This document shows, piece after piece, positions 11,601 through 23,161 of a stretch of 64,000 nucleotides of DNA. The notes beneath the pieces are model-generated. The model was not told the DNA's origin and made no database searches. It was given only the letters and a program-made list of their open reading frames with translations. A program made the position numbers and the translations under genes. This DNA is from Macrostomum lignano (taxonomy: Eukaryota), in contig NIVC01003140.1 in the NCBI GenBank assembly GCA_002269645.1, positions 53,528 through 117,527 of the forward strand, read 5' to 3'. Numbering within the stretch: position 1 is the first letter of the stretch; the number at the start of each line of letters is the position of its first letter.

Positions 11601-14600
11601 TCCTTGACACCTGAGCAGCCATTTCCCTCCAGCCTTGACACCTGAGCAGCCATTTCCTATCAGCCTTGACACCTGAGCAGCCATTTCCCATGACCCTTCC
11701 CACCTGAGCAGCCATTTCCCATCAGCCTTGACACCTGAGCAGCCATTTCCCATGACCCTTCACACCTGAGCAGCCATTTCCCATCAGCCTTGACACCTGA
11801 ACAGCCATTTCCCATCAGCCTCAACACCTGAGCAGCCATTTCCTATCAGCCTTGACACCTAAGCAGCCGTTTCCCATCAGCCTTGACACCTGAGCAGCCA
11901 TTTCCTATCAGCCTTGACACCTGAGCAGCCATTTCCCATCAGCCTTGACACCTGAGCAGCCATTTCCTATCAGCCTTGACACCTGAGCAGCCATTTCCCA
12001 TCAGCCTTGACACCTGAGCAGCCATTTCCCATCAGCCTTGACACCTTAGAGGCTTTCGATTTACCACAGAAATCGGAGCCTCCATTTACCGCAAGTATCG
12101 CCAGTAACGGTGCACCTTAATGCATCCGTGCTTATCGCAACCTGGCAGAATCATTTGAAAACTGAGGCTCTCCCTAATTAATCTTTCAAACTAACATTTC
12201 AAGGCTTTCAGACCCGTCAGCGAGGACTCGGCAGCTGCCTCCGCCTCGGTCAGCCAGGCCAAGCTCAGCGGCTCGGACACCAACGGTGCTCCTGATACTC
12301 TCTCTTCAGCCAATTCTCTGAGCAACAACCTTGCTCTGCTGAAAGCTCGAGCAGCTGGCATGATGCAGCAAGATCAAGATGACGATGAGGATGAGATTGC
12401 GGCTGCTGCCAAACGCGAGGAGGAGGACGTGCAGAAGATGTCGAAACGGAAGCTGAAGAAGCTAACCCGAATGAACGTTGCGGAGCTCAAGCAGAGCGTG
12501 GACCGGCCTGAAGTAGTTGAGATGCACGATGTCTGCTCCAAGGACCCCAAGCTGCTCTGCCTGCTCAAGGCTTACCGGAATGCCGTGGCCGTTCCTAGGC
12601 ACTGGTGCGCTAAGCGCAAGTACCTACAGGGCAAGCGCGGCATAGAGAAGCCACCGTTCCAGCTGCCCGACTTCATCAAGGCCACGGGCATTATGGAGAT
12701 GCGCGAGACTGGTCAAGAGAAAGACGACGCCAAGACTATGAAGCAGAAGATGCGGGAGCGAGTCCGCCCGAAAGTGGGCAAGATTGACATCGACTACCAG
12801 AAGCTGCACGACGCCTTCTTCAAATACCAGGTCAAGCCGCATCTCACCAGTGAGTTTTTGTCTCGCAACTATTCCTGTCTTTACTTCTGCAGTCCTTGGA
12901 GGGCAGAGCAGCTCACCTGTTGAATACTTTAGCGGGACAAGAATCGCTAGAGTCATTGCAAACAGCTCACTAGTGACTCTAGCGCTTTAGAGGCAACTCG
13001 GTGATTCTACAGCGACTCTGGCACGCCTCAGATACAAGCCCAGAGACATTACAAAAGCGCCCCAGAGTCTTTTCAGACTCACAGACAAAAAACGCCCCAA
13101 ATAGACTAGGCGACTCTTTGATAACTTTTTGGCGGAATCTAGAATCACTTCTTTCCTATTTTACTTCTATTGACTGCAACGACTCTGGGGCGTCGCAAGT
13201 GACTCTGGGACCGGAACGCTTCTTAGCCTAGCTACCGTTTTCATCGGAAAACCCCTGAGGGCCAATCCCCAAATCACGAGGAGAATACATGCCTGACAAT
13301 TAAAAAGTCAGGGTCGCTTTACACCCTGTGTGAGCGTGTGGCAGTGTACATATCTCGTGTGCGTGCTCAGGGGTCAGCGGTTGTCGCCTTGAGTTGCGGC
13401 TTGTTGTCCACAGCCCTCAAATAACCATCTGGCAGTTATTGTAATCAATCCACTACCGTTTCTCTTTTTTATAGCCCACGGCGACTTGTACTACGAAGGT
13501 CGCGAGTTCGAGACCCGGCTGAGGGCGAAGAAGCCCGGCGCTCTATCTGACGAGCTCCGCACCGCGCTTGGCATGCCTGTCGGCCCCGGCAGCGACAGGT
13601 ACCCGCCGCCCTGGCTCATCGCCATGCAGCGCTACGGCCCGCCGCCTGCGTTTCCCCGGCTGCGCATACCCGGCCTAAATGCTCCCATACCTGAAGGCTG
13701 CTCTTTTGGCTATCACGCAGGTTTGTACTTGTATTAATGACTGCGACTACTCTTCAATTGCATGTCTTGACTGTCTCTTGTGTTTCGGCACAAAATTTGG
13801 GCATGCTTATGTAACTGCTAAACTGTTGTAGTCTAGTGGTTAGAGCGTCGGACTGCGACTGGAAGGTCGGGGGTTCGATTCTCGGCCAACTCGGAACAAT
13901 TTGTGTTTTTTTATCAAGACACTTAACTTTGCATTGCTTCAGTTCACCCAGCTGTAAAATGGGAGCCAGCATTAGCTGGGGTAATTGAGGGTTTGTGTGG
14001 CGACCCGATGCGCCGAGCAGTCATATGCAGCTGAACAGTCGTATGCAGCCTTCCAATGCGCCGCGCAATAGCTACGGCTGAGCTGTCGGTTGCACAATAT
14101 ATATTATTTATTATTGTTAATATACTAAATACTATTATAGTGTTATAAAGTTAAGAATCCAGCCAGTACTATATCAGGTCGCATCGATTAATCGGTAAAT
14201 TTTTTTGCAAAATTTGCTATATATAAAAACAGCATTTCTCTTCAAAATTGGACCATTTTGGGTAAAATGCAACTATGATTAGGAAATAGAAAATTCAGCC
14301 GATCCACTTCCAGGCCACTGCTGCTGGCGTCATTAGGTGATCGCAGAATGCTCACTGCTCCCCCTATCCTTATTTCAGGCGGCTGGGGCAAGCCACCAGT
14401 TGATGCTCACGGCCGCCCAGTCTACGGCGATGTGTTCGGCTACGCCACCCAGCAGCAGCTGGCTGCCCCTGCCGAGACTCCCAGCCAGCCAGTTGAGAGG
14501 CGCCTGTGGGGCGAGCTGGAGTCCGAGTCCTCGGAGGAAGAAGAGGAAGACGACGACGATGACGATGATGAAGATGGCAACGAGGAGGCGGGCGATGACG

Positions 14601-15003
14601 AAGACGGCGCGGTCGCAGCGGCCCTGGCCGGAGCGGCCACCCAAGCGGCGCGCTGTCGTCGGCCACGCCGGCCGGGCTGGAGACGCCCGACATGATCGAG
14701 CTGCGGAAACAGCGAACCGCTGCCGCAGTGGAAGCTGCCATGGAAGGCGACGGCGAAGAGCCTCTGGCCTACCGTGTGTTGCCCGAGATGCAGACCAATG
14801 TTGGCGACGCATTCATGGGCAGTTCCAAGGTTTATGCTGTTGGCGGCGCCGCGAGCGGTCCAGGCGTTGCTTCTTCTGGCGCCGGCGGCGCTGCATCAAC
14901 TGGCTCCAGGAAGCGGCCTCCTCCGCGCGCCGGTCAGCAGGAGCCAGCGCCGCAGGCTAGCGTATCTGCGGCTAAGAAGTACCAGAAGGACTACAAGTTC
15001 TAG
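8655..15003 (+). CDS. SF3B2: Splicing factor 3B subunit 2 (SAP145). Exons 8655-8939, 9312-9957 (or duplicate 12204-12849), 13475-13720, 14379-15003; one apparent 1-nt frameshift at about 14640
   Basis: Hallmark motifs SVAELKQ..RPEVVEMHDV..KDPKLL, VPRHWCAKRKYLQGKRGIEKPPF, THGDLYYEGREFE, PPPWLIAMQRYGPPP, GWGKPPVD, WGELE, KKYQKDYKF. Introns are GT-AG and phase-consistent (0, 1, 1). Confidence 0.95.
8966..9152. repeat. 31-bp intronic minisatellite, about 6 units
   Basis: Unit cctgagcagccatttcccatcagccttgaca; starts at 9028 and 9059 give a 31-bp period. Confidence 0.9.
10880..11151 (+). pseudogene. SF3B2: Defective duplicate of SF3B2 exon 1
   Basis: Relative to copy 1 there is a 4-nt loss (ggagacgatcaatct to ggagacaatct) and 17 vs 18 nt between TTTGAA and GATGTC, with an in-frame TGA. 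The gtgaga donor is retained. Confidence 0.7.
11176..12046. repeat. 31-bp intronic minisatellite, about 28 units (expanded copy)
   Basis: Same unit as 8966-9152, with variant units. Confidence 0.92.
13259..13335 (+). repeat. Dispersed ~77-bp element with two hairpins; second copy at 54309-54385
   Basis: tacatgcctgacaattaaaaagtcagggtcgctttacaccctgtgtgagc vs tacatgcctgacgattagaaagtcagggtcactgtgcaccctgtgtgagc. Confidence 0.7.
13823..14115 (+). mobile_element. tRNA-derived SINE with a CORE-like central domain, in SF3B2 intron 3
   Basis: A box tagtctagtgg and B box ggttcgattct. Body caagacacttaac...gcttcagttcacccagctgtaaaatggg resembles the CORE domain. AT-rich tail; no proper acceptor stem. Confidence 0.75.
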
Positions 15004-15973
15004 TTCGCCTTCTATTTAGGGTTGCAGGCTTGTAAAATTCGATTAAACTGTCTGACTTTTCATACTGTATCTTCAAGACAATTTACATCATTGTGCTTAG
15101 CATTTGGGCAACTCATTAGGGCTTAGAAAGGCGTGTAATTTGGCCCGAATTCTGCAGTTGGAACATCTACCTACATTGATGGATACATAGGGGTCAATAA
15201 AAGGTCATTAAGCGTGTGGGTAAATACAACGCAAGTTGCCATACCTCACTTTACGTGCTGTTTTTTAATAAGATCAGATTGTGAAGTAACATTATCTAAC
15301 AGGAGTTATAGTTAGCATACACAGGGTTCCGGAAAACATTCTCCGCTATACCTTAATATGTAATGGCAGTTCATTTGATGTTTAAATCTGTTTAAGAAAC
15401 TCCTTACTAAGAACAAAAAAAGTTACTCTGAATGTACGAATAAGTGAATCTGGAGTAAAATTTCTTTGTATATGTTTAATTATCTTTATTAGCAAACCCA
15501 TGCATCAGACCCCATGAATGGCAACTTAATTTTCGTGTTCACGCTGAATTTGCTGTTGCAAAACGCATTGTTTGTAGCAAGTGAATTATTTCTATAGCCG
15601 TCTCAACTGTCGATCTGACTGTTGCTTCAAAGGAAATAAAGCTTGTCATTAGTGTCGGCTATATGTTATTAAAGTTGCACTTATATACATATTACTCTGC
15701 ATTTTTGTACTTCTGGTCCTTTCTGAATCAGTTAAGACAAAGTTCGAGTATACCAGGGGTCCGATCCATCAGCTGCTTTGTTGCCAAAGTATTGGCAGAT
15801 GATTGCGAAGATTGATAGCTTACATAACTAACTAAAGCCACCCGAGGAATGTCAATTTGTCATTGATGAGATTATCAGTTGTTATTATAATCTAGCAACT
15901 CTGCGGGGTAGCAGACCATAGAAATATGCATTCCCGCATAAAAATGATTGGTCGCAAATCTCGTATTTCGTAA

Positions 15974-16111
15974 AACAATATTATCGCAATCAAAGGTGAC
16001 TGACAGTAAAATCAAACTGATCGACTTCGGCCTTTCTGTGCAGCTGAATCATCGGTCAGCTACTATCAGCCTATACTTCAACGCCGAAGGGCACGCTGTA
16101 CTTTCTGGCAC
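15974..16111 (+). pseudogene. Captured fragment of the kinase exon (homologous to 29122-29257; region around DFG)
   Basis: aaatcaaactgatcgacttcggcctttctgtgcagctgaa and ccgaagggcacgctgtactttctggcac are identical to the kinase exon, with indels elsewhere. Flanked by the direct repeats attggtcgcaaatctcg. Confidence 0.9.
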
Positions 16112-16219
16112 AAAAATTATTGGTCGCAAATCTCGACTTTAAGACCAATATGCGACCAAGATGGTCATGCGATCATGTAATCGACCATTCCTGCGACCAT
16201 GTCAGGCTTAGTTTTCTAA

Positions 16220-17604
16220 CGACCATTCATCCTAACCCCTCCACCCTCTTATGAGCGACCATCTCCCGACCATTATAGCGACCATCCATCCTAACCCCTC
16301 CACCCTCTTATGAGCGACCATCTCCCGAACATTATAGCGACCATCCATCCTAACCCCTCCACCCTCTTATGAGCGGCCATCTCCTGACCATTATAGCGAC
16401 CATCCATCCTAACTCCTCCTCCCTCTTATAAGCGACCATCTCCCGACCATTATAGCGACCATTCATCCTAACCCCTCCACCCTCTTATGAGCGACCATTT
16501 CCCGACCATTATAGCGACCATCCATCCTAACCCCTCCACCCTCTTATGAGCGACCATCTCCCGACCATTATAGCGACCATCCATCCTAACCCTCTCCACC
16601 CTCTTATGAGCGGCCATCTCCTGACCATTATAGCGACAATCCATCCTAACCCCCTCCACCCTCTTATGAGCGACCATCTCCCGACCATTATAGCGACCCT
16701 CCATCCTAACCCCTTCACCCTTTTATGAGCGGCCATCTCCCGACCATTATAGCGACCCTCAATCCTAACCCCCTCCACCCTTTTATGAGCGACCATCTCC
16801 CGACCATTATAGCCACCATCCATCCTAACCCTCTCCACCCTCTTATTAGCGGCCATCTCCCGACCATTATAGCGACCATCCATCCTAACCCCCTCCACCC
16901 TTTTATGAGCGACCATCTCCCGACCATTATAGCGACCATCCATCCTAACCCTCTCCACCCTCTTATGAGCGGCCATCTCCCGACCATTATAGCGACCATC
17001 CATCCTAACCCTCTCCACCCTCTTATGAGCGGCCATCTCCTGACCATTATAGCGACCATCCATCCTAACCCCTTCACCCTTTTATGAGCGACCATCTCCC
17101 GACCATTATAGCGACCATCCATCCTAACCCTCTCCACCCTCTTATGAGCGGCCATCTCCTGACCATTATAGCGACCATCCATCCTAACCCCTTCACCCTT
17201 TTATGAGCGACCATCTCCCGACCATTATAGCGACCATCCATCCTAACCCTCTCCACCCTCTTATGAGTGACTATCTCGCGACCATTATAGCGACCATCCA
17301 TCCTAACCCTCTCCACCCTCTTATGAGCGACTATCACCCTCTTATGAGTGACCATCCATGCGACCATCTCCCGACCATTATAGCGACCATCCATCCTAAC
17401 CCTCTCCACCCGCTTATGAGCGACTATCACCCTCTTATGAGTGACCATTCATGCGACCATCTCCCGACCATTATAGCGACCATCCATCCTAACCCTCTCC
17501 ACCTTCTTATGAGCAACCATAGCCCTCTTATGAGTGACCATTCATGCGACCATCTCCCGACCATTATAGCGACCATCCATCCTAACCCTCTCCACCCTCT
17601 TATG
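16220..17604. repeat. 59-bp satellite array; further blocks at 20126-20641 and 23161-23378
   Basis: Unit ccctccaccctcttatgagcgaccatctcccgaccattatagcgaccatccatcctaac; cctaac at 16231 and 16290. Confidence 0.95.
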
Positions 17605-20093
17605 GCTGCAATCTGCTCTGTTGTCGAGCGACCGGGCCTGAAGCCACTTTGGAGGCTCAGGATCATTTGGTTGAGGCCAGGCAGCAGCCGATTACGCAGT
17701 ATAGCATTGAGCAGCTTAGCCAGAGTGCATTCCAGAGCGATGCCGCGTTGGTTGTCCAGACTGGTGGATGCGCCCTTCTTGGGGATGGAGACGATCTTAG
17801 AGGTGCGCCAGCTGTCAGCAGCAGTAGCACCTGGGTTGCCTCCAAGCGGACAGTGCTTGTTGAGCACAGCTGTGATGTCCTGTGTCAGCTCTGGCAGCTT
17901 GAGCACCCTGGGTGGAATGCCATCTACTCCGGCGGCAGCGTCGGGGCGCATGGTTCTGAGCGCTCGGTTCACCTCGTAGGCAGTCAGCGGGCCGGAGTTA
18001 AAAGCCGAGGGCTCGGCCGGGGTAAAGTTTTCGATCGGTAGCAAATCAGCAGAGGGTGGTGAGGCGTTGAGCACATTGTGGTAGTGAGTGGCCAGCAGGG
18101 CTTTGCGATGGTGTATAGACTCAGCACCTACAGCGGCATTGGGCCTCTGCTTCCTGTCAGTCAGGCGGTTGATGGCGCGCCAGGCCGCTGTGTGCCGGCA
18201 GTTGTCTGTTGCTAGTTGAATCTCAGCAACAGCCTCCTGGACAAAGGCTTCGGTCCTCCGGGCATGCGTGTCGCGAAGATGGGCCCGGGCTGTTTCAGCC
18301 TGCTCACTGTCTTGGCCAAAGACTGCGGTTGTTCTTTGCACGTCGCGCCTAGCGATGGAGATCTCCTCGTTGGAGTCTCAGGCGGCTTTTGGCTGGTGCG
18401 GTGTTCGTTTTGGTAGGGTCGAGGCAGCTTTCTCAACAGCTCTGGTGAAGGCGTCCGCCGATTCATTCAGGGCCGGAGTAGCATTTTGCAGCTTTTCAAT
18501 GAACGCACTGCGCGTGTCTGGGTTTCTCAGATCTGCCCAGAGGGGGTGCGGTGGGCCAGCCTTGAACTTTTTCCAACGGCAGTCGATGTCGCAGGCCAGC
18601 AGAGAATGGTCGGACCTCACGCAGCTGGGGCGGATATTGACCACTTTGCGCAGTCGAGACCTGATTGCCGTTGGGCACAAAATCCAGTCCAGCCTGGTGG
18701 TCCGTCCATTTGGGCCGAAGAAGGTGGGTAGCTTGTTGTACTGCTGCCGCATGACACCATTGGCTGCAATCAGGTCTTGAGAGTGAATGAAAGTTGACAG
18801 GTAGTCCGAGTTGGTGTTGGTGGAGCCGCAGTTGTTCTTCACTAGACGGCCGTCAGGGGACAGTGGCGCGTTGAAGTCTCCAGCCACAAAAAGCAGGTCG
18901 CGATCAGGGACCGAGTTGATGACGAAGTGGCTTCAGAGTCGTCGAGCAGTCGTCGAGGCCTGTAAAACTCACCAAAGAGCTGTGTCAATTGTCTTTGTGG
19001 ACTTCCGCAAAGCTTTTGACTCAGTGTGCCGGCGCGCGATCGCGTGGCTGCTCGAACACTATGGCGTTCCTCCGGCTCTTATCGTTGCAGTGATGGACCT
19101 CTACAACAACAGCAAAGCCTTTGTCCAAACCAGCGATGGCCCAACTGAGGACTTCTGCACCAGCTCTGGAGTCCTCCAAGGTGACACGTTGGCTCCACTG
19201 CTCTTCATCCTTGTCGTCGACTACGTGCTGCGCCGAAGCCTCACAGAGGAGGACAGCTACCTGCTGGCGTCACGCCGGAGCTCCCGCCGCGGTGCTGCCC
19301 CTCTGCCCGCCCTCGCGTACGCCGACGACATCGCCCTGCTGTGCCACAGTCTGACTGCCGCCCAGAGAGCGCTCTCGAGACTCTATGAGGAGAGCGCCCG
19401 AGTCGGACTGCAAATCAACGCACGCAAGACGGAAGTGCTGCACGTGGGCACCGATGCAGCACCAATCCTGACCCTACCAGATGGACAAGTCATTTCAGCC
19501 TGCAGAGACTTCCGGTACCTGGGCTCCCTCGTGATGAGCCCTGACTCCATCATCGCCGACCGGAGGTCACAGGCCTGGCGCGCGGCTCATCTCCTCAGGG
19601 AGGTCTTCAGCTCAGCTGCCAACGACGACCTGAAGATGCGCCTGTTCCGCGCTGCCGTAGAGCCAATCTTCCTGTACGGACTGGAGGCAGTGCCAACGAC
19701 CGACTCGAGGTCCCGAGCCCTGGACGCTGCCTACCGATCGCTGCTGCGGTTCGCCCTTGGCATCCATTATCCAGAGCGGCTGCCGACGGACCAGCTGATG
19801 GCGAGAGCCCGTGTGCCTCAGCTCAGTGCCACTCTCCAGCGGCGCCGGCTAATGCTCGTCGGCCACTGCCTCCGCAGCTACGGCAGAGGGGAGCAAAACC
19901 CGCTGGCGCTAACCCTGCTGCATCAGCCAACCGAGCGTCTCCGACGGGGCCAAGGCCGGACCGCCACGCTGACCGCCACGCTTGAGTCTGACCTTCAAGC
20001 CATTAACCTGACCCCACAATCTGCCACAAACTGTCCTTCTCGTCTCTTCTGCGAGCGCGTGCGCGCAAGACGCCCACCATAATATATTTGCGT

Positions 20094-20125
<32 letters not shown>
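17605..20125 (+). mobile_element. 5'-truncated, 5'-inverted RTE-like LINE (APE end to RT N-terminus inverted at 17605-~18920; rest of RT sense at ~18925-20082), (TA)15 tail, 11-bp TSD accctcttatg
   Basis: Minus ORFs carry APE motifs (AGDFNA, RLDWIL, SDH) and the RT start up to QSGFRPGRSTTEQIAAI. The plus ORF resumes at RAVVEACK...VDFRKAFDSV...GVLQGD...YADD. TSD at 17594-17604 and 20126-20136. Confidence 0.9.
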
Positions 20126-20128
<3 letters not shown>

Positions 20129-20641
20129 CTCTTATGAGCGACTATCTATGCGACCATCTCCCAGCCATTATAGCGACCATCCATCCTAACCCTCTTATAA
20201 GCGACCATCCATCCTAACCATCTTATGAGCGACCATCCATGATGCGACCATCTCCCAACCATTATAGCGACCATCCATCCTAACCCTCTCCACCCTCTTA
20301 TGAGTGACTATCTCGCGACCATTATAGCGACCATCCATCCTAACCCTCTCCACCCTCTTATGAGCGACTATCACCCTCTTATGAGTGACCATCCATGCGA
20401 CCATCTCCCGACCATTATAGCGACCATCCATCCTAACCCTCTCCACCCGCTTATGAGCGACTATCACCCTCTTATGAGTGACCATTCATGCGACCATCTC
20501 CCGACCATTATAGCGACCATCCATCCTAACCCTCTCCACCTTCTTATGAGCAACCATAGCCCTCTTATGAGTGACCATTCATGCGACCATCTCCCGACCA
20601 TTATAGCGACCATCCATCCTAACCCTCTCCACCCTCTTATG

Positions 20642-23130
20642 GCTGCAATCTGCTCTGTTGTCGAGCGACCGGGCCTGAAGCCACTTTGGAGGCTCAGGAT
20701 CATTTGGTTGAGGCCAGGCAGCAGCCGATTACGCAGTATAGCATTGAGCAGCTTAGCCAGAGTGCATTCCAGAGCGATGCCGCGTTGGTTGTCCAGACTG
20801 GTGGATGCGCCCTTCTTGGGGATGGAGACGATCTTAGAGGTGCGCCAGCTGTCAGCAGCAGTAGCACCTGGGTTGCCTCCAAGCGGACAGTGCTTGTTGA
20901 GCACAGCTGTGATGTCCTGTGTCAGCTCTGGCAGCTTGAGCACCCTGGGTGGAATGCCATCTACTCCGGCGGCAGCGTCGGGGCGCATGGTTCTGAGCGC
21001 TCGGTTCACCTCGTAGGCAGTCAGCGGGCCGGAGTTAAAAGCCGAGGGCTCGGCCGGGGTAAAGTTTTCGATCGGTAGCAAATCAGCAGAGGGTGGTGAG
21101 GCGTTGAGCACATTGTGGTAGTGAGTGGCCAGCAGGGCTTTGCGATGGTGTATAGACTCAGCACCTACAGCGGCATTGGGCCTCTGCTTCCTGTCAGTCA
21201 GGCGGTTGATGGCGCGCCAGGCCGCTGTGTGCCGGCAGTTGTCTGTTGCTAGTTGAATCTCAGCAACAGCCTCCTGGACAAAGGCTTCGGTCCTCCGGGC
21301 ATGCGTGTCGCGAAGATGGGCCCGGGCTGTTTCAGCCTGCTCACTGTCTTGGCCAAAGACTGCGGTTGTTCTTTGCACGTCGCGCCTAGCGATGGAGATC
21401 TCCTCGTTGGAGTCTCAGGCGGCTTTTGGCTGGTGCGGTGTTCGTTTTGGTAGGGTCGAGGCAGCTTTCTCAACAGCTCTGGTGAAGGCGTCCGCCGATT
21501 CATTCAGGGCCGGAGTAGCATTTTGCAGCTTTTCAATGAACGCACTGCGCGTGTCTGGGTTTCTCAGATCTGCCCAGAGGGGGTGCGGTGGGCCAGCCTT
21601 GAACTTTTTCCAACGGCAGTCGATGTCGCAGGCCAGCAGAGAATGGTCGGACCTCACGCAGCTGGGGCGGATATTGACCACTTTGCGCAGTCGAGACCTG
21701 ATTGCCGTTGGGCACAAAATCCAGTCCAGCCTGGTGGTCCGTCCATTTGGGCCGAAGAAGGTGGGTAGCTTGTTGTACTGCTGCCGCATGACACCATTGG
21801 CTGCAATCAGGTCTTGAGAGTGAATGAAAGTTGACAGGTAGTCCGAGTTGGTGTTGGTGGAGCCGCAGTTGTTCTTCACTAGACGGCCGTCAGGGGACAG
21901 TGGCGCGTTGAAGTCTCCAGCCACAAAAAGCAGGTCGCGATCAGGGACCGAGTTGATGACGAAGTGGCTTCAGAGTCGTCGAGCAGTCGTCGAGGCCTGT
22001 AAAACTCACCAAAGAGCTGTGTCAATTGTCTTTGTGGACTTCCGCAAAGCTTTTGACTCAGTGTGCCGGCGCGCGATCGCGTGGCTGCTCGAACACTATG
22101 GCGTTCCTCCGGCTCTTATCGTTGCAGTGATGGACCTCTACAACAACAGCAAAGCCTTTGTCCAAACCAGCGATGGCCCAACTGAGGACTTCTGCACCAG
22201 CTCTGGAGTCCTCCAAGGTGACACGTTGGCTCCACTGCTCTTCATCCTTGTCGTCGACTACGTGCTGCGCCGAAGCCTCACAGAGGAGGACAGCTACCTG
22301 CTGGCGTCACGCCGGAGCTCCCGCCGCGGTGCTGCCCCTCTGCCCGCCCTCGCGTACGCCGACGACATCGCCCTGCTGTGCCACAGTCTGACTGCCGCCC
22401 AGAGAGCGCTCTCGAGACTCTATGAGGAGAGCGCCCGAGTCGGACTGCAAATCAACGCACGCAAGACGGAAGTGCTGCACGTGGGCACCGATGCAGCACC
22501 AATCCTGACCCTACCAGATGGACAAGTCATTTCAGCCTGCAGAGACTTCCGGTACCTGGGCTCCCTCGTGATGAGCCCTGACTCCATCATCGCCGACCGG
22601 AGGTCACAGGCCTGGCGCGCGGCTCATCTCCTCAGGGAGGTCTTCAGCTCAGCTGCCAACGACGACCTGAAGATGCGCCTGTTCCGCGCTGCCGTAGAGC
22701 CAATCTTCCTGTACGGACTGGAGGCAGTGCCAACGACCGACTCGAGGTCCCGAGCCCTGGACGCTGCCTACCGATCGCTGCTGCGGTTCGCCCTTGGCAT
22801 CCATTATCCAGAGCGGCTGCCGACGGACCAGCTGATGGCGAGAGCCCGTGTGCCTCAGCTCAGTGCCACTCTCCAGCGGCGCCGGCTAATGCTCGTCGGC
22901 CACTGCCTCCGCAGCTACGGCAGAGGGGAGCAAAACCCGCTGGCGCTAACCCTGCTGCATCAGCCAACCGAGCGTCTCCGACGGGGCCAAGGCCGGACCG
23001 CCACGCTGACCGCCACGCTTGAGTCTGACCTTCAAGCCATTAACCTGACCCCACAATCTGCCACAAACTGTCCTTCTCGTCTCTTCTGCGAGCGCGTGCG
23101 CGCAAGACGCCCACCATAATATATTTGCGT

Positions 23131-23160
<30 letters not shown>
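20642..23160 (+). mobile_element. Second copy of the same inverted RTE-like insertion (3037-bp offset), (TA)14 tail
   Basis: ORFs at 20464, 21415 and 21848 are identical in translation to those at 17427, 18378 and 18811. Confidence 0.9.

Positions 23161-23161
<1 letters not shown>

Larger units (their letters stand above)
7899..13036 (+). repeat. Tandem segmental duplication (7899-10143 and 10144-13036) covering the SF3B2 upstream region, exon 1 and exon 2
   Basis: cagggggcccgcaggttctgtg starts both copies and ctggcacgcctcaga ends both. The 187-aa ORFs at 9468 and 12360 are nearly identical. Copy 2 is longer mainly through intron minisatellite expansion. Confidence 0.9.

Noticed and set aside
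13823-13895. tRNA gene
   Set aside because: A and B boxes are present, but there is no proper acceptor stem and it continues into a SINE body.
8575-15019. Antisense and alternate-frame ORFs overlapping SF3B2
   Set aside because: Shadow ORFs of GC-rich coding exons; the same applies to those over the kinase, LINE and zinc-finger regions.
16220-17604. CRISPR-like appearance and ORFs in the 59-bp array
   Set aside because: No unique spacers, eukaryotic context, no cas genes; a plain satellite.
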